The position numbers and the translations under genes are program-made. Under the pieces are notes generated by a model. The model had not been told where the DNA came from. It ran no database searches and was given only the letters and a program-made list of their open reading frames with translations. A stretch of DNA of 63,990 nt, counting the filler, from Octopus bimaculoides (Eukaryota): NCBI RefSeq assembly GCF_001194135.2. It is 7 parts of 6 records of this genome, joined end to end, with 100 filler letters (N's around TTAATTAATTAA, not from the genome) between each part and the next. Parts side by side here need not be neighbours in the genome. Positions count along the whole stretch, not along the records: positions 34,964 to 55,250 come from NC_068983.1; 6 more parts are not named here. One strand, written 5' to 3'. This document shows, piece by piece, positions 38,605 through 50,109 of this stretch (position 1 is its first letter; each line of letters starts with the position of its first letter).

Positions 38605-39275
38605 CTGGATTGTCAGGAATATCAAGGGAACAAATTTTCATTTCAACAGATTAACCATAATCTTACCAGGAGAGTTTCATCAAAAACTTCTAGTAGTTTC
38701 CACAAGAGCTAGAGTCGATCAAATCGGTAGTGCTTTAAATTGTTGAATTTAAGGAGGCATCTTAAGAAACTTGAACTGGAAACAAATATGAGAGCTTACC
38801 TTAATGAAGATCAACATTCAACCGATTTTGCCACAAGACATTTAGAACATGAAGAAGGAGTTGTTGTACCTGATCAGAGCAGAAACATATCTATGGCTGA
38901 GATTAGTGAATTGGCAAATTAAGAATTGAGATAAAAAATAGTAATCATTCCCAATGTTGAACATGACTATCACAGGTGCACAAATATCTCAGTAAATAAC
39001 CGATACTTCCCCAAAGGAATAACAGTGTTAAAGTGATGAATGAGCTAATTTTTCAACAGCTGCATTAAGATGAATGTGTCAATAAGTCTATAGACATAGT
39101 TTTAAATTCTGCACAAACTGTAAGCTACTCTATTAAATTCCACAACAGCCTCATACTGAAGAAATGGTCCTAAGTTATTCTTCTAAAGGAAATTGGGATG
39201 CTCTGAATTTGATTCTGAATTATGGTACAAGGTTGATGATAAAATATTTGATGTCATCTCTTACTGAAGCAACAA
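38605..39275 (+). pseudogene. Degraded Helitron Rep-Helicase (PIF1-like) fragment
   Basis: Remnants ILPGEFHQKLLVV (GDFRQ motif), KKLELETNMRAYL (TNMR), FPNVEHDY, NKSIDIV...YSIKFHNSL (YPxEFLNSL) and NYGTRLMIK (CNGTRL). Confidence 0.75.
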
Positions 39276-39319
39276 AGCCCATAGTTTATGCTGCTGATAT
39301 AGATGACAAAAAATAGTGC

Positions 39320-39810
39320 TATTATGAGGAGGTTACTGAAAGAGGAGAATGCATAGAATAGAGAGGGAGTAGCCTCATTTTGACCACACTGCAGAACTGA
39401 CAATTCAAGTTAACAGAAATGTGGTAGATAACACAATTAGGGACATGAAGGTAGGAAAAGCTCAAAATATCTGATGAGGTAGGTTATATGATAATCACCC
39501 AGATAAATGATCGAGTAATGTAGCAAAGTATTTTGTTATCCAATAACTAGTGTAGTAGCATCATTGCAGACTGTTACAAGATCAGAGAAGATTCACTTGA
39601 GAGAGGGAAAATTATAAAGGCATTGAACTGTTGAATCAGGTTATGAAAGTCATGGATTGAGAAAATCAAACGACTATTGATCCATAACAGAGTAAATTTA
39701 AATGGGATGCAGCTTCGCTTCTTGTCTAGAAGAGGTACTTGAAAAGTAAATATCTCAGTAAGACAAATGCAGAAGAAAAACTTTGTTAAGAATGAACCAC
39801 TATCCTGACA
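39320..39810 (+). mobile_element. Degraded RTE reverse transcriptase fragment
   Basis: IIADCYKIREDSLERG(K)NYKGIELLNQVMKV...MQLRFLSRRGT...SVRQMQKK...FIDFK matches RTE RT motifs (NYRGIKLL, MQFGFxxGRGT, FVDLEKAFD). Confidence 0.75.
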
Positions 39811-39883
39811 TTTATTGACTTCAAGCCAACCTTAGCTAGGATACCACATTCAGCAGTTTAAAGGTCACTAAGAAACTAGGTTT

Positions 39884-40114
39884 CGGGCAGTGAGCTGGCA
39901 GAAACGTTAGCACATCAGGCGAAATGCCTAGCAGTATTTTGTCTGCCATTACGTTCTGAGTTCAAATTCCGCTGAGATCGACTTTGCCTTTCATTCTTTC
40001 TGGGTCGATAAATTAAGTACCAGTTACGCACTGAGGTCGAAGTAGTCGACTTAATCCCTTTGTCTGTCCTTGTTTGTCCTCTCTATGTTTAGCTCCTTGT
40101 GGGCAATAAAGAAA
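39884..40114 (+). mobile_element. Full-length SINE family C with 15-bp TSD
   Basis: Head gagctggcagaaacgttagc...gagttcaaattcc, central ctttgcctttcattctttctgggtcgataaattaagtaccag (Meta-domain-like, recall). TSD TAAGAAACTAGGTTT at 39869-39883 and 40115-40129. Confidence 0.9.
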
Positions 40115-40466
40115 TAAGAAACTAGGTTTAGACGAATAGCTGTGCAAGCTATGTAAAAAGAAGCAATTAGTAAAGTGTAAATAAATGTGGTGTGATAGTA
40201 GGCGTCCATCAAGGTCCAATGCTCAGCCCTCAACAATTCATTTAGACCTGCTGGCAATCACAATGTGTAGTTTAAGAATTTCAGACTGGCTGTCCATAAA
40301 AGAATCTTCTATGTGGATGATCACAAAGTGGAATCAGAGAGGAAATTCTTGGCATGGAAGACACTTGTCCAAAGTGTCATGCTGTGGAATGAACCTGAAA
40401 CAACAAATAAACTTCATAACTATGCAGCCTATATATACATACATATATGTCTGCACACACACGCAC

Positions 40467-40506
<40 letters not shown>

Positions 40507-41267
40507 ACACACACACATGTATGTATTTATGCTTGTAATTATATATGTATACAAACACATCAGGCTTATAATTTTCACTTCATTTTAATAGTAATCAAAA
40601 ATGTGATGGAATTAAGTAAAATAACTAACATTTATTAAACTGTGGTCAGGACCACAACATAATTAAAGGTACCAACATGAAACTGCAAGGGAAGTTTTTA
40701 ATTTAAATAGGAACACTTTAAAATGAGTGGCTTCTGTATCATATAACCAAAGGTGGTCTCAGGTGACTTCATATCAAAATGATTAATTTACAATATCTTA
40801 TTGTTAACATCTGCATACTCTACCATCCTTTTAGTTTGTAACTGAAAACTTACTGATGAGGAACAATAAAATATAGAATTGCACAATTATAGTGGTAAAA
40901 TAAATGCAATTAGTTTAACAACGAAATACATTTTGGAATGCTAGGATATTCAAACATAATAGTTCATTTTACTCTCAGAAAATGTTACTGTTTTGTTAGT
41001 CTTTTACATCTTGATTATATACTATAACATATATCAATGTATCTATATCAATATTCATATATCTGTATGTATGTATGTATGCATGTATGTATGTATGTAT
41101 GTATGTGTGTGTGTGTCTGTGTGTGTGTGCATGGATGCGTATGTATATGTGTTGTGTGTTTGTCTGCATGCTTGTATGTATATATATATATGTATATGTG
41201 TATGTATAATATATATATATGCATGCATATATTATATGCACACACGCATACACAATCACACATATTC

Positions 41268-41346
<79 letters not shown>

Positions 41347-41824
41347 CATATATACACATATATACATATATTTCATGATGTTTTCTTGATATTCTATATG
41401 AAATAAAAACTGTTTTTTAACTCAAGCTGCAAGAATGTCTAGAGGGAAATTAATATATCATTTCTGCTATGTATGAGATACAAGTAAATCCAATAACGCA
41501 TTCATTAGTGATAAGAGAGTCTTAATACATGTTGCTGTTATTGTAGTTGCTGTTGTTGTTCTTGTTCTTGCTTAGTCTCTCTTCAACTCTGATAGAGCAG
41601 ACCCATGATGATTAAAAGTACTTCATCCATAGCCAGACCATCTTTTTTTCTCTAAACAGGAATCCAGATCCTCATTATCTAATGTTTCATTTTCTAACAT
41701 TCTTAAGACTATGATTTAAATGAAATCTGGTTACTATTTCTTGCAAATCAAACCATGTAGATGCTTCGTTTGCAGGAAATAACAACTATGAAGTTACTCC
41801 ATATCGATAGGTTTTGGATTTCAG

Positions 41825-42063
41825 TTTCATATCTTTTATTGGTTACTCGTTTCAGATGTTAGACTATGGCCATGCTGGGGCACTAACTTGAAAAATTTCT
41901 CATCAAATGAATTGACTCTAGTACTTCTTTTTTTTTTTTAAGCCTGGTACCTATTCTATCTATATCTTTTGCTGAACCACTAAGTTATGGCTGTGTAAAC
42001 ACACCAACACTGGTTGCCAAGCGGTGGTAGGAGACAAACACAGATACAAAGGCATGCACACAC

Positions 42064-42109
<46 letters not shown>

Positions 42110-42262
42110 GTTTATATATAATGAGCTTCTTTCAGCTTCCGTCAACTGAATCCACTCACAAGGCTTTGGTCAATCTGAAGCTATAGTAGAAGACCCTTTC
42201 CAAGGTGCCACACTGTTGGAATGAAACCAGAACCATGTGGTGGGGAAGCAAGCTTCTTATAA
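41825..42262 (-). mobile_element. SINE family A, older full-length copy
   Basis: Tail, body, internal (CA)/(CG) microsatellite and head. A similar copy is at ~44062-44452(-). Confidence 0.85.
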
Positions 42263-42654
42263 CTTTCAGCCTGTTATTCTCTCTCCACACTGAACAATAT
42301 GTAGATGATTTTCCTAACAGTTTTACATTTTGCTGACTCCTCATCAGCAGATACATACTCCCTCATACTTTTGTCCAGGAAGAGAACTTATAGCAAAGCA
42401 CTATTTAAATCAGACATAAGCTAGAAGTGTTAAATGCTTCACTAATTTTGATATTGCACATTCATCTTTGGTGGGATTAAATAATTGATAAATATTTATG
42501 AACATAGCATGTATTAGAAACATATCAAGGCAATCTCCTTTATTTTACTAAGTGAGAATGGAACACCACAGTATTCTGTATTTACATCTGTATGGAGTTT
42601 CATAGCACAAGTATTAACAAATTGTCATTTAATGTTTTTAAATTTGATCTTAGA

Positions 42655-42850
42655 TTAGCATGCCAGGCAAAATGCTTAGTGGTATTTCATATGTCTTTAC
42701 GTTCTGAGTTCAAATTCCGCCATGGTCGACTTTACCTTTCATCCTTTAGGGGTCGATAAATTAAGTACCAGTTGCATACTGGTTCGATCTAATTGACTGG
42801 CCCCCTCCCCGAAAATTTCAGGCCTTGTGCCTAGAGTAGAAAAGAATATA
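42655..42850 (+). mobile_element. SINE family C with alternative tail
   Basis: Same head and central domain as 39884-40114, but tail ggccccctccccgaaaatttcaggccttgtgcctagagtagaaaagaata. Confidence 0.85.
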
Positions 42851-43482
42851 TATAGAATTATATTTATTTTCATTGTTGCTTGCATCTAATTGACAGTAAG
42901 GGGGTTGGGTGGACCATTACAGTAAAACCAGTTCCTATTCAGAACTCGTGCCCTCACTCATATTTCTTATTTTGGTTTGTTTTCTCTGGCTGGATGCCCT
43001 TCCCATTACCAACCATTTTACAGAGTATACAGTATGCAATTTATCAAGGAACCAGCATTTTGTCTGTGACAAAACTAAAACATTCTTTCAATTCTACATC
43101 ATCTTCACACAATCGCTGAGCATTTTGCAGAATATACTCAGTGCATGTTATTATGGCACCAGCACTAGTGAGGTTGCTTTGTACTCTCTAAGATTGCAGA
43201 GTGTTATAAGATACAAATATTTGGTAACAAAGTCTTCACTACTCTATAATCTAGCAGTTCACTGAAGCCAAAGGTTAAGATGAATTGTATGGAGAGTGAT
43301 GACAAAGGAAGAGACTGTATGTGTTTTTAGATAATGAGGAAAACAATGTGACAGGTAGGAAGTATGCCTGAGTATGAAGGTAGAAACATAGTGAAGGGGT
43401 GAGTGATTAGTAGAGGTGGAGGGTGTGCCAACCTTAGTTACACTTGCAGCACAGTACAGTAGATATGAAAGAAAGAAAAAAA

Positions 43483-43548
<66 letters not shown>

Positions 43549-43835
43549 NNNNNNNNNNGCTGAAAGGTTATTATGAGGCAGAATGGAGGAAAGAGACGAA
43601 GATTTAGCTGGGACTAATGAGCTACAGACCTACACATAGATACCCCCAGCCTCCATCATTACTGCTAGTTTTCAATGCTTTTATGCTTTTTCTGACCATT
43701 TTACCATGCTTGCTGGCCTATTCCAGGGTTGCATGCTGCTGACCAATGTCTTTGTTTTTTGTATGTGCAAGGCACAATATCTTGAAACCACTTTTCATCA
43801 TTTCATTTCATCATCATCATATGTATGTATGTATG

Positions 43836-43869
<34 letters not shown>

Positions 43870-43939
43870 TGTATGTATGTATGTATGTATGTATGNNNNN
43901 NNNNNNNNNNNNNNNNNNNNNNNNNNNNNNNNNNNNNNN

Positions 43940-43989
<50 letters not shown>

Positions 43990-44814
43990 TGTATGTGTGT
44001 GTGCTTGTGTGTGCATGTGTGCATGTGTGAGTGTGTGTGTGTGGGTGTGTGTGTGTACACATATTCTTTTATTTTATTTGTTTCAATCATTTCACTACAG
44101 CCATGCTGGAGCACCACCTTTAGTCAAACAAATTAACTCCAGGACTTATAACACTAGTTGTCAAGCAGTGGTAGGGAACAAGGACACACACACACACACT
44201 CACACACGCAGATGTGAACGTGCGCATGTGCACACACATGCGCGCGCACGTACACACACACACACATACACACACGCACAAACATGCACATATATGACAT
44301 GCTTCCTTCAGTTTCCAGCTACTAAATACACTCACAAGCATTTGATCAACCCAAGGCTATAGTAGAAGACTCTTGCCCAAGGTGGCATACATTGGAACTA
44401 AACTGAGAACCATGTGGTTGGTAAGTAAATGGCTTACCTACCACACAGCCCCTATGTATATAAAAATTATATGTATGTGTGTGTGTGTGTGTATTTACAC
44501 TTATATACATACAAGCAGAAATACATTTTTAAGCTTATGTAACTTACAGCCAGTTTTTACATTGTTTATTTTGTATATAATTACATTTCTATATAGTTTT
44601 ATTGTTATGTAAATACATGTCTAAAGATAGACTTCTATGATGTGTGTATTTTTTTAGAGTGTTTATTGATAACTTTAAGCTTATTACTTAAGAAAACAAA
44701 CATTATCTTTATGTTTCACTTTATATACTTTTTGTAATTCTATATTGATATATAACACATAAAATAGAAGTGATTTTAAAAGAAATATGTTTGGGTTTTT
44801 TTATATTTTTCAGC

Positions 44815-46655
44815 TAGAGCTCTGGAGTAGACAGCATTTTTTTTGTTTTTTAGTTTGGTTTTCTGATGAAAGGATGTCTCTTGGGCCCAACATGTGAATA
44901 TGCAACATAGAGACGATCATGAAAGAAACTTATTTGTTCAAATCTAGAAACGCTGAGTGATTGTCCATAAGATTTATTGATGGTCACAGAAAAAGACAGT
45001 ACCATTAAAAACTAAACACAAGGAATGAACATATTCTTTTTTTGGCACAACCAGTCATAAAAGTGGCTTTGATCACAGAGAGTATAACAGTCTTGAAAGC
45101 TAATTTTATACTGCTACATTCAATTTACGCAGCAACATAATATGTGTTCATACATTTAGTTGTAGATTTTGAGGAAGAACACCAGTGGAATGAAAGGAAC
45201 TGGGAAACTCTTTTGAATATCTGGCACCCTCATATTTTCCAATTATAGTGTGAACTAGTTTATACCATCTGGATTGGATTAGTACCTGTTAACTGATAGT
45301 AGCATAAATATCCTGCATAATGTCATTTTGAGGAGTTGGGATGTATGTTCATGAAGCTGTTTATAGTTTCTGTAATTCTATGAGAGACTAAGATAAGCTC
45401 TCAGTAACATCTCTTAAGGTATGAGATGATGACTTTTCCACAGTTTTGGGGCATTGGCATGTTTCTATTCTCAGTATCAACTGATAGCTGACAATTGCCA
45501 CCAACAGAAATAAAATATCACAAACTGGGCTGCTGGGTCATCTCTATTAAGTGTAATCCCATGTTGGCATAAAGATGAAGTTTTCCCTCTAGTCTCCAAT
45601 GACAGGTTTCTTTGAAGTATGCTCTTAATTCATCAACAAGTGCATTCATTAGGATGACTGGCTGAGATTGCCTGAAATTACCAAAGAGCTATACTGTGAC
45701 TCCACCCATAATATTAATGTTGCCTCTGAGATCCCTTACATGCAATTGGTAATATTAGTTGTTAGTCTTTCAGACATTGTGCACTTATGTTATATTTTTA
45801 GCTTAACCTGCTTCTGAACTTTTATCTATTCAGATTCTTTGATAGGATTTAAAACAAGCTGTTATTGTCAGGAGTGTATATTCCGGGTGTGCTAGTTGTG
45901 TGGAAAATGGTAAATTCATTATAAATGAATTTATACCCATTAATTTAATCACAAATCTTAATAGAAAACTTATTTTATAACCCTGTTTGAAATTTGGTGG
46001 CATTTAGTGTGGTAGTGCACCCATACAACAACCATGAAAATAAGAATAAGCTATTGCACTCCCCTGTGAACAAAGTTATTTTAATTCTAGATGAGGCCAC
46101 TGCAAGAGCAATCAGCTTGAGGGAACAAACTTTTGCAAAACCTTGATTGACTAAAATAAATTTGCCTGTTCCACCAGAAACATCAAAAGAAACAATACTT
46201 CTTGAATTAGATGCCACCTATGGTTTGATCCTTGTCTAAGCCTTGTTTATTTTTCATTTGAAACCAAGAATAATTAATTTTGATGGAGATGCTGTTTCAA
46301 CTTTTGAATACCATACCTGGTTACATGTAAATCACTTGACTGAGGGTTGTACTTGAAGTTCATGTATTAGAGTTGGTTGTCCACTTTGCTTAAGATCTTT
46401 TCCAGCCATGGATTGTTCAGTAGTATCAATGAGGATCAGTGCTTAGTTGTATGTGGCAGAAATAAAGTCTAGATGTGAATTTCTTCGCTTTGTTGTGTTT
46501 GATATAGTAAGTGTTCTGTTATGCTGCCCTGGTGATATTGCTAAAGTATCTGAAGAATTGGATGGTGAACATGTACAAACACGATAGTAAAGTGGCTCCA
46601 CATCATGCAGGGAGAATGTGAGACTGCAGTCTCTTCCAAGGTACAGATCCAAGGA
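44815..46655 (-). pseudogene. Degraded Helitron Rep-Helicase (PIF1-like helicase domain)
   Basis: Ordered helicase motifs on the minus strand: FDVSGGTGK (Walker A), IALAVASSRIKITL, DLRGNINIMGGVTV*LFGNFRQ, LYANMG, KEFPSSF...IMLLRKLN, VTINKSYGQSL and FFHDRLYVAYSHVG. Many stops and frameshifts. Confidence 0.88.
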
Positions 46656-47514
46656 GTATATTAGGCAAATTTTACACTATGTTGCACTGACATATTGAGC
46701 TACAGTTTTTAGGTTCTGAAGTTAAGTAAAACCATGAAGAAAATGTAGAAACTGTTTGATATTTAATTATGTTAATGAAATACCATACTCTCATAAAGTT
46801 CGTATATGCTTTCAAATACTATGGGTAGAAAATTATTTCTTCTTTTATACTTTTGCATTTAAATTTGTATATGTTTATATTAATTTATATAAACATGAAG
46901 TGTGTTAGTAGTATCTGTAACAATAATGGAAGACGATTATATTTCATACAAAATATATTAATAGTATGCATTGGCATGCTGTCATTATTAAAATTCCTCG
47001 TTTAAAAAATCACAACTTCAGAATATTAGAACATAATTTCTAATACCATGGAAACTAGGAAATAATTTATTCTTTCACTGTTTCATATTTAAATTTGTTT
47101 ATGTTTCTGAAATATTTAGGTTTCATGTTTAATGAGTTGGACTGCTGATATTAATAATACTTGAAATATATTCAAACATTATAAAAATCAACAGTCCAAT
47201 TTATAGGGCATAAAATCTGATTCTTTTAGAAATATAAACAAATTTCAATGATAAACATGTAAAAATTAGTACATAGTTTCAAAAAGCATGGAATTTATAT
47301 TATAAATTATTTTCTTTGTTTCATGCTATTTGAAACAATGTTGTAACTTTACAAAGATATGTTTTTTTCAATATGGAACTCTAACAACGACACTATTCTC
47401 ATTATATAATGTAAGTGTATGTATGTGTGCATGTCATTGTATGTTTATGCATGTCTATGTGTGCATGAATATGCATACACAAATACATACATACAAACAT
47501 ATACACATACATAG

Positions 47515-47551
<37 letters not shown>

Positions 47552-47556
<5 letters not shown>

Positions 47557-47846
47557 AAGTTTAGAATGGTACAACAACGCACTATAAAGCAAGAAATGGA
47601 CTATATACCTGTTGTAATTTAGTTATCTATAGTCCGATGATATTTCGGAATTACAATTCCTTCTTCAGATCTTCTTAGCTGGAGTCTCTGCTATAAACTG
47701 TTTATAGCAGAGATTCCAGGTAAGAAGATCTGAAAAAGGAATTGTAATTCCAAAATATCATCGGACTATAGATAAACAAATTACAACAGGTATATAGTCC
47801 ATTTCTTGTTCTATAGTGCAATGTTGAACCATTCTAAACTTTTATT
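47552..47846. repeat. 295-bp near-perfect palindrome made of two inverted Penelope-like termini
   Basis: Arms symmetric about 47699 (ctataaa-c-t-g-tttatag). The left arm carries, on the minus strand, ctgaagaaggaattgtaattccgaaatatc (47639-47668). Confidence 0.85.
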
Positions 47847-47934
47847 CTTTACAAACAATACACAATGCTTCAAGCGAACTACAGTACTCTCCTAATAATA
47901 ATAATAATAATAATAATTATAAATAAAGTTCATC

Positions 47935-48606
47935 TGTTATCAACAAGGACCAAGGACATCACATAGGAGAAGAAGGTGTGTCATGGCATGCCCAGATGTG
48001 GCCAATCAACCTGATGTGTGCCTGGACGGCTCTATTGCAGGTCAGGCACTGGTGGTCTACAGGGATTGAAAGCAAGAAGTTGATTTTGGACTTGCGCAGT
48101 TCATGTTTTCTTTGTGCTCCTGCAATCTTATTCTGTTTGTAGGAAGTGGCACTTCTGTTGGTGAAGCTTTGCCAGATAAGTTGGCCTTGTGCTTGCATTT
48201 CTCAGGTGTCCAGGTTGATCTCAAAGCACTTCAGTGAGACTTTGTGTGTATCCGTTGAACGCTTTTTCTGTCCACCTTGTGTGCACATTCCTTCTGCCAG
48301 TTTGCTGTAAACAGTCTTTTGGAGTGTCATGTGTCAGGCATTTGAGCAAGGTGGCCTACCCTCCTTACCTGAGCTATCCTTAGCAGTGTGTAAATGCTTG
48401 ACAGGTCAGCTCATTCCATGTCTGGAACTTTGTCTTGCCTGATGATTTTCAATAGCTTTCTCAGGCAGTACATGTGGAAGTGGTTTAACCTTTTGGCATG
48501 GCGTTCATAAACTGTCTAAGTCTCTAAGGCAAACAGTAGTGTAGGCAGTACAACTGCTTGGTACATCTTCAACTTGGTATTCAGTCTAATGCCTCTTCTC
48601 TCTCAC
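47935..48606 (-). mobile_element. RTE-clade LINE 3' fragment, second RTE family
   Basis: RGIRLNTKLKMYQAVVLPTLLFALET*TVYERHAKRLNHFHMYCLRKLLKI... with a C-terminal CLTCNRAVQAHIRLIGH zinc-finger-like motif. Ends near a (TAA)n run. Confidence 0.88.
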
Positions 48607-48641
48607 ACTGATCCATGTAACCACCTGAATGCATATATACA

Positions 48642-48692
<51 letters not shown>

Positions 48693-49223
48693 CTGTAAAT
48701 ATAATGTGACAATTATTCGGTAGTCATGATAGAACTCCGAGTTTTGGGTGTCGGGGCGGAAACCCATCGATATCGGGTTTCTGCCCAAACATCTGAAACT
48801 CGGAGTTTTATCATGGCTACTGAATAATTGTCACATGTTATATTTACAGATAAATTCTTCTATGTACATAATATCAAGGTCTCTTTCATTCTTCTGTTGT
48901 CTTGCCATTTCTATCAATATATATATATCACTGTTATCATATCTTCATTGTCATGATCATATAACATCAGTCTTCCATGCTGGAACAAGCTGGATGGTTC
49001 AGCAAGATCCAACAAGCAACAAGATTGCATTGAGTATCAGAATCTGCTTTGGCATGGTTTGAATGGATGGATATTCTTCCTGATGTCAGTCACTTTCCTG
49101 TGTATACTGGGTGCATATTTGTTTATAGCACAGGCACTGGCAAGGTCATCAAATAACTTAAGAGACAAAGAAAAATATCCTCTCAACTGAATGGGGTGTT
49201 GTTGATTGGGAAGTGTCATGTCA

Positions 49224-49403
49224 AGCATTTGATGTGATCAAGCAATCCCATAGAAGCTCCTCCGGTAGCTCATTAATAAAAGTTGTTTCCATCATTTTTA
49301 GCAGAAAATCATTCCTGATTGAGCTGATCTACGATCAAAAGTGTTCTCATAGTAACTATGCCTTCATTCTGTAGGTCTACACATGTTTTAAACAATATAT
49401 CCA
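49224..49403. repeat. 180-bp segment duplicated in inverted orientation at 51402-51580
   Basis: Identical by eye except for a 1-nt indel in the T run at ~49386-49389. Confidence 0.9.
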
Positions 49404-50068
49404 CTGGAAGAACTTAAAAATATACTCATCCAAAGTGCATTCCCACTAGGCTTAATCACCAATGGTATAGAAAGGGTAAAACATATTAACATTCAGGAAC
49501 TAAGGAAAGCAAAAATCAAAACAGAAAAATATTTTGCCATATGTGTCAACCTTCAATCCCAGAGCATGGTCGTTGCCAGAACCCGCCTGATTGGCCCTTG
49601 TGCTGGGGTCACGTAAAGCCACCCACTACACTCTCGGAATGGTTGGCGTAAGGAAGAGCATCCAGTTGTAGAAACTTTGCCAGATCAGATTGAATCTGGT
49701 GCAGCCTCTGGCTCACCAGTCCTCAGTCAAACCGTCCAATCCATGGTAGCATGGAAAGCAGACGTTTGATGATGATGATGATGATGATACAGATAGATAG
49801 ATAAAGTTAGATAAGGCCAGCTAATGGGATTACCCTGGGTTTCTCATCCATAAAGTGCTAATCTTTACATTGTATCATCAGATCCTAAACCTGGCCATAA
49901 GCCAACAGGTCTGGAATCTAACAATACACTGTAAAGCTACTCGTTTTATGGATATGAAACCAGGGCAAACCCATAAACTGACCTTATCTAACTTTATCTA
50001 CATAATATACTGTTCTATAACTTTGAATGTGCTTCTTTTTTGGATTTATGTTTTACCGATGAGATATG

Positions 50069-50109
<41 letters not shown>

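Noticed and set aside
46060-46130. Plus-strand VILILDEATA resembling an ABC-transporter Walker B motif
   Set aside because: It is antisense to the Helitron Walker A region. Surrounding ABC motifs are absent and the frame has stops.
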